A DNA stretch of 55,342 nt, the filler included, from Squatina squatina (Eukaryota), in the NCBI GenBank assembly GCA_031763465.1. It is 3 parts of 3 records of this genome, joined end to end, with 100 filler letters (N's around TTAATTAATTAA, not from the genome) between each part and the next. Parts side by side here need not be neighbours in the genome. Positions count along the whole stretch, not along the records: positions 1 to 24,413 come from JARFOE010000113.1; 2 more parts are not named here. The stretch is one strand, 5' to 3'. Below, in pieces: positions 11,453 to 24,513 of this stretch (position 1 is its first letter; every line of letters begins with the position of its first letter). The notes below the pieces were generated by a model, which worked only from the letters and a program-made list of their open reading frames with translations, had not been told where the DNA came from and ran no database searches. The translations under genes were made by a program, and so were the position numbers.

Positions 11453-14400
11453 AATATGGAACCTTCTAAATGTCGATATAAATCTGAAGGTGTTTGATAG
11501 ATTATTTGCAGATATTTTCAGTGATGCGATAATCCAAAGCAAGTTAGTCTCCAACTCACAAGATAACTCTTCCCCGAGGAACTTGTTAACATTTGCCCTG
11601 GGTGAGCTGAATAGCCTTTAATGGAAAGCAAGTGATGTAAAGAAATGAAGATGTCGATACTCAGATATGTTTAGAAGGAAGAAGGTTGTGAGAATACTCG
11701 TGTGAACCATTGACAGTTGCAAAGACCAATCGTGTCGGATGACATGATACTGGTCTGGAAATCTGGATTAATTCGGTATAAAATATCACACTTTCTTTCA
11801 AATAAATTTACTGTGACAAAATATTACCCCATCAAAATTTTATTTAGAAGTTTAAAGTTTACCATTCATATGACTGTGATGATTTGTAGGCGAGTCAAAC
11901 GATTACTTATTGCAAACTGTTAAAATGAGAGGGTAGTAGATTAAACTCAAGACTATGGTTGTTGGTCAAAATCTTCTTTCCGCCATCTCCACAGAAGGAA
12001 CACTTCAGTGAATGAAAGTTATCTGTTGTACAAACGTTAATTCTGCTCAAACCACTGCTCCCCGTTGTTTGTCCACTGAATTTTTCCTGAAATGTCGAGC
12101 TGGACAGCCGGATTCAGAATAGGAAGCGAATCCATGATCTACAAATTAAACTGCTCAGCCGTTAGCAATTCAGCCGCAAAACTTCTGGCAGTGAATAGAT
12201 TTTTGTGGTACTAATCCTGGGTTTCCATCATCTGGTTCACAAAATACAATTTTATTTTATTTTGATTAATCGTCAGTACGTGTTCCTTTCCAATTTCTGG
12301 TCTAAAAAATAATCAAATCTATTAACCGATCATAGTCTTCGTGTGTAATGAGGAGAAGTCGTCTTCAACTGTTCAAGACCCTGGGACCTTCCTGTCCTCA
12401 CATTTTACTCATACAGCCAGGGCGAAGCAAATTACTCGGATGTTCAGCCTGCTGCTGCCGGGAAAAAATCCGTCAGCTTCTCCAACTGGAATGTAGAACA
12501 CGCCAACGGAGGAAAATGCATCTGTCTGTATAAGGGGAATGTGGAGGGTAAAAAGCAAACTTCGGTTCTGAGTTACCAAGAAGATATATTTGGAGGAGGT
12601 GACTGAGGTTCAGACAGGCACGGTGCTCATTTGACCCCAGTCGCAGCGGATTCACTTCAATGTGTCAGTCTGCATCAGCTGTTCAATTTAGGGATTGGAA
12701 GTGTCATGGAGTCGGCCTTTTCGCAACTCCTATAGTAACATTTCGCTAATTATTTTGTTGCTAAGAAAAAGAACTGAAAATCTAAATGTTGATTCTTTAT
12801 GTTGCTGCAATTATGGTTGTACGTTTGATTCACAAGATTGATCCAGTAAACCCAAAACATCGAACACTCGTGTCTGTGGCTTGCGTTAGAGGTCCGTGGC
12901 TCATTCTGAATTGTTTGAAATGCTCGTTTTTTATTTTGTCTACATTCATATACAGTAAAACATTTTCTCCTGCAACTGCATCACACAAACACAATTATGC
13001 ATCTCTGATTTTCACTACTTTCTTCAATCGTCTGTGTTCTCACTTCACAGATCATTCAATCCAAGTCTGTTTGTCCCTTGCCGCATTTCTCCTGCTTGTA
13101 ATTGTGGTGATCCTGGGAATAGAGTGCATTCCGCTGAAGGCAAAGAAAGACAGCGATGGTATGTTTGCAAAGGTGCTGAAATTGTGCAATGATTCATCAG
13201 CGAAGAAAGTCAAAAAGAATGATACATTATTTCTAATACCGTATAGTAAATTAATATGAATTTTCCCATTACGACCTTTCGGCACGATGGCAAACGCCAG
13301 CCGGATGTATATCTAAAAGGCATGCAATGTTCTCTTTCTCGCAGTGTGGATAACCTGCCTGTCATGTCCTCTCACATTGATAGTTTAAATGAAGTGGGGA
13401 GAAAGACACAGAAGAGGAGACAATATGGGGATTCTAAAATAAAGTGATAGAGTTAAAATACCTGTCGAATTCGTTGTATTTAAAATTGGCTTTTAGAATT
13501 CCCTTTAAATGATCTTCGACACTTATGTCTAAATCAAATTCTCTTTCAATGTTTAGTTATGTGAAAAGTAGCAGTTGCAGTTTCCACTGATTAGAATGTT
13601 GCATGGACCCTGTTATATTAATTACCTGCAAAATGAGTTTTAACTCTGTTCAAAATCGGGAACCCAATCTACTGAAAAGATACAGTTTAAAATGTAATAA
13701 TCACTTCACTGTGGGGGATCTGACAACATTGCCATAGTTATTAATAAGAGGGACATCATGCTCTCTGCAACTCCGCAAATTTGTGAGTGTGAGTTCGTCC
13801 AAGTTCCGGTGATGAACATGCATTCATACTTTCAAGGTAGCAACAAGGGTTAACGAAAAAAAAATGATGGGCCCGCTCCACAGCGCCACTGCAAGCAACT
13901 CTTTGACCGATAGTGTCTGCAGATAGTGACGCATCTGGAGGGAGCTCAGAAATGATAAGAGCCGGTATTTGTACAAGAAATGAATGCACACGATAGTGTT
14001 CTAATAAAGGTCACGATTGTTAAGAATCATTGCCCACAATCAGTTGATGAACCTAATTTGTTTCGAAAGTGAAAGTTCAGCATTTAGTGCAGACTGCCAC
14101 CTCCTGGCTGGAAACTTGATTTTTCTCATGAAAGCTAATTCTGGAAAGTTCTAGTAGAAATATTGAAATATTGATATGCCACAGCAAAAGCCTGAGAACT
14201 ATTTTAACGGAGTATTATTTCTGTGAAATGCATGCATGCATCCACATAATATTTGGTTGTATAGTCGACTATTGTCATGAAGATATCAGTGACAGTGCAA
14301 CACTTGCTTGAGCAGTAGTGCTGATACCCATTCCCTTTCTTATTTGACCGGCGATGTTACTGACGGAAGAGAATCTGTTAAAGGCGGTGTGAGAGAGACT

Positions 14401-15411
14401 GCCATGTAAACAAACGATATCTAAGATGACATATACGTGTTATGTTAATTCCGCAGCAGAGTTTGGTTGCAGACCAAATCGGACCAGGTTGATATTGATA
14501 TCAAACGTGCATATTGTTTGAATGTGATATTGCTTCTATTTCTCTTTAAGAAGGTAAATATCCCAAGATTTCGTGGAACTCAACCTGTATTTAGTCTTTC
14601 TTTGAGTATTACCTTGTTGAAATTTCACCTAATTTTCAATTATGCTTTTTTCAAAAGAAATGTTTGTTGACCAACTCTCATCTGTGCCTTGTATGGCATT
14701 TATGCATGGTTGGATAAAGCCATATAGAGAAAGAGAGAGACATAGGCAGTCAGATAGAGAAACATAAATGATTGAGTGAATCAATGGCCTAGGTTGCTAC
14801 ATCCTTTTCATTTAATGGGTTACAATTATAAACTGCAGTTACATTCTTACTGCAAATCCCTTTCAACATTGACATTTTGTAACTGAAATTCTGCTTATCT
14901 GTTCCTTAAAGTATGATTCAGCACTGCTTCATGCCTGTTGAAAATGAAAATCGTTGCACAAACTTCATTGTCTGTGCCCTCATTTAATTATTGCATCACT
15001 CCTCCCTTTTTTAAATTTACCATAAAGATAATGTTTGGTTTGTGCTAGTAGGAAGGGTGAGAATGCAGTGAGAATCACAATCTAACTTATCAATATATTA
15101 TATTGCCAATAATCATGTGGACTTTGTTGCTCCTAGGAAAAAGACATTGTAACTTTTGGATTCAATTCAGAGATAATCAAAGACAATTTTCAAAGCACTT
15201 CCAATAAGCACACCTATGTTACAGCTATAAATATTTGTGAAATAAAAATTCGCTAAATTCAGGACGAATGCATTGTGTACTATTTATTAGTGATACCAAT
15301 ATCATCCATCTTCATCTGCAGTGAAAACTTAGCAGTTCCAACAATTGTCAACTACATCGGCAATAGTGATCGGAGGTATCACTAAATCAAACTGCACAGG
15401 ACTGGTAAATC

Positions 15412-15883
15412 TTACACATATAAACATATAAAAATAGACACATAGAAAAACGGAGCAGCAGTAGGCCATTCGGCCCTTTGATCCTGCTCGAACATTCAAT
15501 ATGATCATGGCTGATCCTCTATCTGAACTCCATATTTCTCGTTCTCCGCATAACCCTTAAGTTCTTTAATGTATAAGAATGTATCGATCTCTTTTTTGAT
15601 TTACTTAGTGACACAGCCTCAACAGCCTTCTGTGACAGAGAGTTCAACATGTTCACTACTTTCTGTGTGAATACATTTTCCTCATCTCCGTCCTAAATGG
15701 CTTACCCAGTATCCTGAGACTGTGCCCCCTGGCTCCAGCCTCTCCCATAAGCGGAAACATCCTGGCTGCATCTCGTCGCTGTAGCCATGTGAGAATTTTA
15801 CACGTTTCAATCAGATCACCTTTCATCCTTCCAAACTCTAGTGAATATAGATCCAGTCGACCCAGTCTATCCGCACAGGAAAG
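15412..15883 (-). mobile_element. CR1 LINE 3' end
   Basis: catagaaa tail repeats followed by gtaggccattcggccc; RLGRLDLYSLEFGRMKGDLIETCKIL. Confidence 0.9.
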
Positions 15884-16195
15884 TGTAGAAACTACAGGTG
15901 TGTAAAATGCGACCCTTTCATCGAGGTCCCGAACACGTGCCACAGAGTTGTGTGTGTGAGTCTCTGCATGTGAGGAGTCTTTACTGTGTAAAAAATGTCC
16001 CTGTGCGCAGTGATTGTCTCTCCCATTGAGGATTGAGACACTGTAAGGAGTCTGCCTCTGTCAGGTGTGTTTGCTAGTGTGGAGTTGGACACTAGAACAA
16101 GTGCTCTTCCTGCACTGTCTTAATAAAATCGACAGATTGCTTCAGCTCGGCCTGCTCTCCTCGATATTGTTTGTAAACTGAGGTTATCCTTTACA
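15884..16195 (+). mobile_element. Possible solo LTR (~312 bp)
   Basis: Begins TGTAG, ends TTACA, AATAAA at 16122-16127. Flanks aaag/aatg could be an imperfect 4-bp TSD. Confidence 0.45.
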
Positions 16196-16207
16196 AATGT
16201 TGAATTG

Positions 16208-17805
16208 TGTTACTCCGACTGTCCAATCAATTGCACCAGCTCTCAGACTAACTTCCCACTACCTGACACAAAACATGGCCATGTCCCATTATAAGACACG
16301 GCATGAATCAGGCCAAAATGGTGGGTTTTTAAAGCATAAAACCGGGACCACGCCACATGGATCAAAATGGTGGACACGGGTCAGGAAAAAAAACAGACCA
16401 CGAGCTGGCAGGCAGTGAATTACTGCAAAAAACTGTCAATCAAAGATACAATTCAAATGGTAATTAGACATTCCAGCTACATGAGCGGGAGGCACATTTA
16501 ATTTTAAACAATAACAGAGCCACTGGTACATGGTCTGGTACGGGATGACTCGCAGTTTAACTGCCTAAAATTATCAGTGGGAAGACATTGAGGAGAAGAA
16601 TAGATGAATAAAAGTTACTTTCGGTTAAATAGGATCAGACATTCGAAACCATACAGAATTTTATCAGAGCAGGAGAAGAATACACATGGGCCAGACAAAC
16701 GGCCCACTAATCTGGTTAACAATTTGTGAAGACATTTGGCAAAAATACCTATCTTTAACATGGGCCAGTATCCCCGGCCCATTCATTCAGATAACAGTTA
16801 AAGAAGACAATTAGGTCATCAAAACCACAAGGGTTTCGAAGCAATCAATCCCATACAAAACACAGAAAAGAATATGTTCCAAGCGAGGTCAAACTATAAA
16901 TGTGTCAAATACAGCAATCCAACTCGATGGGCCGGACACCCGGCCATCGAAAAACTATTCAATGAAAAAAAAAACCCAGTGATGTGCACTGAAACCCCTC
17001 ACAGAGCTACTCACTTCCCCGAGAGATAGCCAGACCTCAAGGATGAGCTGTTATTTGCTCACGATTTTAAGGAAAAGTTCATTGTTTATTTTCACTGCAG
17101 GCCAGACAGATTTTGGCGCTATTTTGAAATCACATTCAACGGTATAACTGGCTCTCAGCAAGAGGCATCAGGAGATTAAAGATGCGAGGAGATTCAAGAT
17201 ACGATTCGATTCGATGATATTAGTTTTCAGCTTCGTTCAGCTCCGCTTCGCTAGCAACGTCGAGACACACAAGAGGAAACGTCAGGAGGGAGACCAATGA
17301 CATCCAGAAAACATCGCAGAAGAAACATTGTGGTCGGGTAGTGTAGTCATTTTCCATGAGACAGCTGAAAAGATAAAAGGACAATTTCCTGAGTGAGTGA
17401 ACCGCTCAGCAGAATCGTGAAGGGCTTTAGTTAGTAAAAATCCTTACTGGGCCATCAACGAAGATCCTGAGTTGTGAGACATGCAAGCTATCCTTCGGAC
17501 GCCATCAGTGAGATCCACGAAGCACCCGACTATGCAGTAATTTCGGATTGGTGAGCATAGCACACATGGGTCTTTACACTCCCGATCAGTCAGGGAAACA
17601 GCGGCCACACTCGTAGACTGTAGAATTCATGGACTAGCATTTAGAGGCCAGTTGGATGTCCTGTCTAAATTGGTGTAGATTGATGCGAAACAGGAATTAG
17701 AAAGCACTGGTCCTCCACAGTCCTTGTCAACAAACTCTGTGTCCAGAGAAGTGTTAGCAAAGATAATAAAATTCCTACTTTCTTTTGAACACTGAAACAT
17801 TCTGT

Positions 17806-17836
<31 letters not shown>

Positions 17837-18000
17837 GTGCTCTACAACGCACTCCCGAAACAAGCAATTGCCTTTAAATGTGTGTCACATGAAGCACTGG
17901 AGAGCCAATGGCTTTCTGCCTATATACATAAACGTAGGACTGTTCAGACCGCTGTCGATCGCATGACAAGACTCCTGGTCTAGGGAGTGTGCGACTTACA
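16208..18000 (+). mobile_element. Putative long 5' LTR of the ERV-like element (left boundary uncertain)
   Basis: Ends TTACA at 18000, 4 nt before a tRNA primer-binding site. Candidate start TGTTAC at 16208. No 3' LTR is visible to confirm the length. Confidence 0.5.
17804..17836. repeat. (TG)n microsatellite inside the putative LTR
   Basis: tgtgtgtgagtgtgtgtgtgtgtgtgtgtgtg. Confidence 0.9.
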
Positions 18001-18004
18001 GATA

Positions 18005-18019
18005 TGGCGACCCAGATGG
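18005..18019 (+). promoter_or_regulatory. Retroviral primer-binding site complementary to tRNA-Arg (CCG type)
   Basis: TGGCGACCCAGATGG is the reverse complement of the recalled vertebrate tRNA-Arg(CCG) 3' end ...CCATCTGGGTCG-CCA, and lies just after the LTR end TTACA plus GATA. Confidence 0.8.
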
Positions 18020-20350
18020 TGTCTCAAGGGAAGAAATTGGATGTCGATGTTGTAGACGAGCAAATGCTCCAGAAAGAGTGGGAACAGGTCGTATTAGATT
18101 AGGCCTGCACAAAAGTTAACATGGCAAGTAGATAGTTTCAAACCATCTACCGGTTTGAGGAACCAAGGTTAGGGGCAGCCCAGTGGATGAGTTTGCAGGA
18201 ACAAAAGCGCACACGCAAGAAGGCTGCATGGCTGCTGTGCCTCCTTAAGCAGAAACAGGCGCCCTGAGAGCGACTAGAAGAGCTGAGAGAGGAACACCGG
18301 CACACCGGAGCTGCACGCCAGAGCCCGAGTCTCTCGCCAGTGTTTGGAGAAGGTCCATAACTCTGAGCAGCATCTCAGGCAATTTCCCTTGGAGCCTTAG
18401 GGCAGAAACTATTCCCTTCACACTGACCTGATGGAGGGCAAGGACACGTTGAACGCCTGTAGGGCGGATAATCTGGAGCTCACGAAAAAGTTATCTCAGC
18501 TGGAAGGCCGCCTCCAAAACGTAAGAGGTGATGCAGGAGCAAAAACGCGAGGCTCCGGATCAAAGCCAATGATGGCTAAGATCCGGGAGCTGAAGCTCGC
18601 CCTCTCAATGGCCAGAGGCATAGCTAGCCTCACGGCGCCAGCGGCATTGCTGCTCGGGGACAGGGATGAGCTCAGCGACAGCGAGGATACACCCGGTGGG
18701 GTGAAAGCTGGTAGAATCACCCCCAATTCCCCGGGGTGGTCAGAGACCTTAAACTGGTCGGTGGCCCCTGTATCCCAGGAGAGCTCCCCAGGCCAAAAGG
18801 CTACGGAATAATCCAATAGCCAGATGGGCGGCTGAACCCAGGTGGGGTCCGGATCCCGGAGGTACAGAGAAATGGGCGGCCAAACCTGCGAGGGTCCAGA
18901 GCCCGGCGAATAGTGGGGCAGGCTCGCAGTGATGACGGCTGGGGCGAGGACACACTGGAGAGGGATTCAGACGAATCCCTGGAGTATGATATGAGCCCAG
19001 AGGAAGCGGCTCGCATGTGCCTGATCAGACAGCGGTGGTGTGGTCCACTGAGGCTTCCGGGATGGAGAGGACCGTTACTGGGGGAATATCATATTCCACA
19101 CAGTGCCAGACAGTTGCTCCAGTCTGCTCCAGTGGAACGGAGATCCAGTGGTGGCATTTGACCACATAAATGAGCTGCCTGATGTACATTCGTGTGATAC
19201 AGAGGAGCAAAACAAACTTTTGCAGCTCTCTCTAAGGGCACGATGCACCAGCGCCTACATCCACAAATACGTGCAACTGGCGTTCACACACTTCATCTCC
19301 AAGCCCAGATCCGAAGAGCCATGGTCTTAGACAAGAGCAGTCCAATTGCCCACAGAAACCCCAGAGATTTTTCTGAAACGCTTGTGGGCTGTGTACTCGA
19401 GTGCTTTGGTGGATGAATCCGATGCGGCAAAACATAAGACCAGCCGACCGAATCCAGTAGCTGCGGATGCTGTTGTCAAAATGTTTGTCTGAACTCTCCA
19501 ATTTAGTGGAAGAATGGTTCGACCACTCGGAATTTACTCGCACTGAGGCGGTGGTGCTCTGAAGACTCGGACTCGCCTATCGAACCCTCAACATCATTCA
19601 TGCCACTCTCAAAGCCGACCTTGGAATTGGTGGAGGAATTCAACCTCAGGCCAAAGCCGGCATGGCTACACCCGGGGTGGCACAATACCCGGTGTACATG
19701 CCCGGACAGGCCTGCCGACTGATGGCTTTGCCAGCAGGGGCTCTCCCCGTTTACCTGCTGGATTACGGGGCACCACAGGATTGCAGTCCAGGTCCACCGC
19801 AGTGAGCCACTGCACCACCCAATGTGTCAGCGGCTCCAATTCACCCAGTCACAGGAAACCCAACGCAACCTCCACCCTTCCATTCGACTTTACCACATGC
19901 AAAAGGTTATGTAACACGTCATCACAGCCCATGCTCTCGGGCACCAGATCAGCGCCAACGACCGGTGGTGTGGGAGTAGAGTCGGCTTCTACAGCTCCAC
20001 AGGCCGGACAGGTCCCGATCCGTGCCCCTGTGTTCGGTTTAAAGGGGGAGGAAAAGAAACGGGAATGGCATCAGGTGTGTAAGAAAGGCACGGCTGCTGT
20101 TTTCTACGGGTGCGACAAACGCAGGAATATGCGGCCGGAATGCCCAAATGCCGGGAACCTGCCCAATAAAGACGCAAACCGAAAACTCTCGGTTGAAAGA
20201 GTTCAGACAGGGAGCCCCAGTGTACCACTGCTGGATAAGCAGGTGAGGCAAGCGGAGATCCCACTGGACAAGAATGAACGCTTCTGGTGGGAAAAGGCCC
20301 CCATTGCCACTGGCTGCCCAGGCACCACATCCCACACACAACCCCAGTGA
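18016..20350 (+). pseudogene. Decayed gag of the ERV-like element
   Basis: Stops and frameshifts throughout. Coiled-coil segment (LELTKKLSQLEGRLQ), capsid-like GDPVVAFDHINE...EEQNKLL, Pro-rich stretch, and degenerate CX2CX4HX4C knuckle FYGCDKRRNMRPEC at 20102-20143. Confidence 0.7.
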
Positions 20351-20389
20351 CTGTGCTCCTCAAAGCCTGTTCTGCTCTGCCACATATTC

Positions 20390-21448
20390 TATGATATGTG
20401 TGATCACCCCTGTGTACAGATGGAGGAAGAGGGGCATATCGGGGATTTACCTGATCGACACCGGCACGTCGAGCACTGTGAACCACGATCCGGATTCGTG
20501 AGAATTCCCCTCAAGCGAGCGTGACCACGTACCTGTTGGCAGGGTTCATGGCAGAAGGGCAGGCTGGCGTTGTATCCATGCCACTGCGCATCAAGTTAGG
20601 GGAATTACACATGCACTGGAAAAACGTCCTTGTCCAGTGGAGACACTGTGGTTCGAGGGTGATCGGGGTCGATTTTCGCCTGGCTCATCAGATCATCCTC
20701 GACCTGCAGAACAACTGCCTTTGGAGCAGCGGGACAGGATGGAAGAACCTCACAGTGACTGTAATTCCAATGGACTAGGGGGGAAAAGGTCTAGTTTTAA
20801 CAATACAACCTGAGACCAAGTACAACCTGGAAGCCTTGATCAGGGACTACCGCTCCCCGCGTTCCACAGTTTCCTGAGGGGACACCTGGATGCATTCGCC
20901 ACACACAAGCACGATTTTGGGCGAAAGACCGGGGTGGAGGTTCCGGATAAAGGGGTACCTGATGTCCGATCATATTTGGCAGAATATTTCCCCCGAGAGG
21001 CCGAAGCTGATTGAGACACTGACCTAGAGTCCCTGAGCAAGCCAGGGTTTCTCCGGCCGATAGGGACCGACGTCAACTCCCGTCTGTGGTCGGTCCTAAA
21101 ACCGGACGACTCGTGACAAGAAACTGTGGACTATTGGGTCCTGAATAAGAACCTCCCTGCTTGCGCCCACACCATGGCCCCAGAGGCCGATTTCATACGG
21201 ACCATCCCAGAGACCCCGACAGTATTCTCGGCACAGGATATCTCTAACGGGTTTTTGTCCGTCTCGTTGTGCCGAGAAGACGTGTACAAATTTGCATTTA
21301 AATTGCAGGCCCAACAATATACGTGGATGAGCCTTTCACAACAGTCCGTTCATATTTCACCAGAGTATGGCGAATGTGCAAAAGATGATAAGCAAGCCTG
21401 CTCAGCTGACGCAGAGTGTAGACGACCTCCTTTTGTTCACAGACGACA
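20390..21448 (+). pseudogene. Decayed pro-pol (aspartic protease plus N-terminal RT) of the ERV-like element
   Basis: Protease YLIDTGTSST (DTG at 20457-20465). RT motifs NSRLWSVLKPDDS*QETVDYWVLNK, FSAQDISNGF, YKFAF..QAQQYTW, HNSPFIFHQ, and QSVDDLLL (YVDD equivalent, 21415-21426). Confidence 0.88.
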
Positions 21449-22447
21449 AAACATAGAAACATAGAAAATAGTTGCAGAATTAGGCCATTCGGCCCTTCGA
21501 GCCTGCACCACCAATCAGTATGATCATGGCTGATAATGCAACTCCATATCCCGTACCTTATTTCACTCCATAGCCCTGATCCCTTTAGCTGTACGGACGA
21601 CATCTAAGCTCCTTTTGAATATATATCTAATGAACTGGCCTCAACATCTTCAAGTGGTAGAGAACTCCACACGTTCAACGCTCTCTGGGTGAAAATGCTT
21701 TTCCTCATCTCGATCCTAAATGGCTTCCCCCTTATCCTTAAACTGTGATCCCTGGTTCTGGACTTCCCCAACATCGAGAGCAATCTGCCTGCATCTAGCC
21801 CGTACAATCCCATAAGAATTGAATATGTTTCTATAACATCCCCTCTCATTCTTCTAAATTCCAGTGAATATAAGCCTAGTCGATCCATTCTTTCTTCAAA
21901 TGTCAGTACTGCCATCCCGGGAATCAATCTGGTGAACCAGCACTCTACTCCCTCAATAGTAAGAATATCCTTCCTCAGATTAGGAAAACAAAACTGCACA
22001 CAATACTCCAGGTGTTGTCTCACCAAGGCCCTGTTCAAAACACTAGGACCTCCCTGCTCCTATACTCAAATCCTCTCGCTATGAAGGCCAAAATGCCACT
22101 TGCTTTCTTCGCTGCCTGCTGTACCTGCAAACCGACTTTCAACGACTCATGTCCAATGACAACCATGTCTCGTTGCACCTCCCATTTTCCTAATCTGTAA
22201 CCATTCAGCTAATAATCTGCCTTGCTATTCTTGCCAACAAAGTGGATTACCACACAGTTATCCACATTATACTGCATCTGCCATGCATCTGCCCTCTCAC
22301 TTAACCTATGCAAGTCATCCTGCTGCCTAATAATATCACCCTCACAACTAAATTTGCCACCCAGCTTTGAGTCATCCGCAAACTTGGAGATGTTACATTC
22401 AATTCCATCGTCTAAATCATTAATATATATTGTAAATAACTGGGGTC
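21449..22447 (-). mobile_element. CR1 LINE 3' portion inserted into the ERV RT
   Basis: (catagaaa)n tail at ~21449; LVRQHLEYCVQF...GLYSLEFRRMRGDVIETY; PQLFTIYINDLDDGIECNISKFADD. Confidence 0.93.
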
Positions 22448-22547
22448 NNNNNNNNNNNNNNNNNNNNNNNNNNNNNNNNNNNNNNNNNNNNNNNNNNNNN
22501 NNNNNNNNNNNNNNNNNNNNNNNNNNNNNNNNNNNNNNNNNNNNNNN

Positions 22548-24413
22548 CACACTGTAACACACACTGCAAAACCCACTGTAACACAACCACTGTGACACGC
22601 ACTGTAAAACACACACTATACCACACCCTGTAACACACCCACGGTAACACACATTGTAACTCACACACTGTCACACACTCACTGTAGCACAAACACTGTA
22701 ACACACACTGGAACACACACACTGTTCCACACACTGTAACTCACACTCTGCAACACTTACACTGTAACACACCCACTGTGACACATATTGTAACTCACAC
22801 AGTGTAACACACTCAATATAACACACACTGTAACACACACTTTAACACATCCACTGTAACACATACTGTAACACACCCACTGTAACTCACACTGTGACAC
22901 ACCCACTGTAAGGCACTCACTCTAACACACACACTAGAACACACACGCTGTAACACCCACACTGTAACACACCACTGTAAATCACACACTGTAACACCTC
23001 AAATGTCACACATGCACTGGTAACACACGCACAGTAACATACACACTGTAACACACACTGGAACACAGACCGTGACACATCCACTGTAACACACTCACTA
23101 TAACACACAAACTTTAACTCACGCACTGCAACACACACAGGAACATACACTGGAACACACACACTGTAACACATACTGTAACACATACACTCCAACGCAC
23201 AAACTGTGACACACACTGTAACACACACTGTAATACACACAGTAACACACACACTGTAAACCACACACTGTAACACATCCACTGTAACTCACACTGTAAC
23301 ACACCCACTGTAGTACACACACTGTATCACACACTGGAATACACACTGTGACACATCCACTGTAAGACACTCACTCTAACACACACACTTGAACACACAT
23401 GCTGTAACACCCACAGTGTAACATACCACTGTAAATCACACACTGTAACACCTCCAATGTAACACACGTACTGGTAACACACGCACTGTAACATATACAC
23501 TCTTACACACACTGAAACACGTGCACTGCAACAAACTCACTGTAACATACACACTGTAACACATACTGGAACACACACTGTGACACATCCACTGTAACAC
23601 ACTCGCTATAGCACACTCACTATAACACAAAAATGATAACACACGTACTGCAACACACACAGGAACACACACTGGAACACAAACACTACAACACGCACAC
23701 TGTAACATAAACTGTTACACATACACTCCAACACACAAACTGTGACACACACTGTAACACACACAGTAACACACACACTGTAACACATACACTGTCCCAC
23801 ACCCACTGTAACAAACACTGTAACACACCCACTGTAACACACCTACTGTAACAGACACACTGTAACACACTCACTGTAACACACACTGTAATACATGCGC
23901 TGTAACACACACTGTAACAGACACACTGTAACACACACAGCAACACACTCACTGTAACACACACACTGTAATACATGCACTGTAACACACACTGTAATAC
24001 ACACACTCTAATGCAAATGCTGTAAAACACACAAACTCTAACCCACCGCTGTAACACACACACTGTAACAGATGCTGTAACAGCCCCACAGTAACACACA
24101 TTGTAACACACACACTGTAATACAAACACACTCTAACACACTCTGTAACATACACTTTAACGCACACTCTAGCACAAACACTGTAGCACACCCACTGTAA
24201 CACATATTGTAACTCACAAAGTGTAACACACTCACTATAACACACACTGTAACACACACTTTAACACACACTTTAGCACACCCACTGTAATACACACACT
24301 GTAACACACACACTGTAAAGCACGCACTTCAATAGCCACACTGTAACACACACTGCAAAACCCACTGTAACACAACCACTGTGACACGCACTGTAAAACA
24401 CACACTATACCAC
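22548..24413. repeat. CA-rich satellite built on (CACA)nCTGTAA, with higher-order structure
   Basis: About 1.87 kb of degenerate cacactgtaaca units. Internal longer duplication (~22916 vs ~23368). The first and last 77 bp are identical. Confidence 0.95.
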
Positions 24414-24513
24414 NNNNNNNNNNNNNNNNNNNNNNNNNNNNNNNNNNNNNNNNNNNNTTAATTAATTAANNNNNNNNNNNNNNNNNNNNNNNNNNNNNNN
24501 NNNNNNNNNNNNN
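24414..24513. other. Artificial scaffold linker
   Basis: Exactly 44 N + TTAATTAATTAA (stops in all six frames) + 44 N = 100 bp. Confidence 0.95.

Noticed and set aside
22412-24313. Many Val/Cys-rich ORFs
   Set aside because: Translations of the (CA/TG)-rich satellite.
22548-24413. CRISPR-like array or V(D)J recombination signal cluster
   Set aside because: No unique spacers, no RSS nonamers, no V/J segments; eukaryotic satellite.
24458-24469. TTAATTAATTAA as a biological palindrome or piggyBac target site
   Set aside because: Sits centred in exactly 44+44 N twice in the window; an artificial linker.
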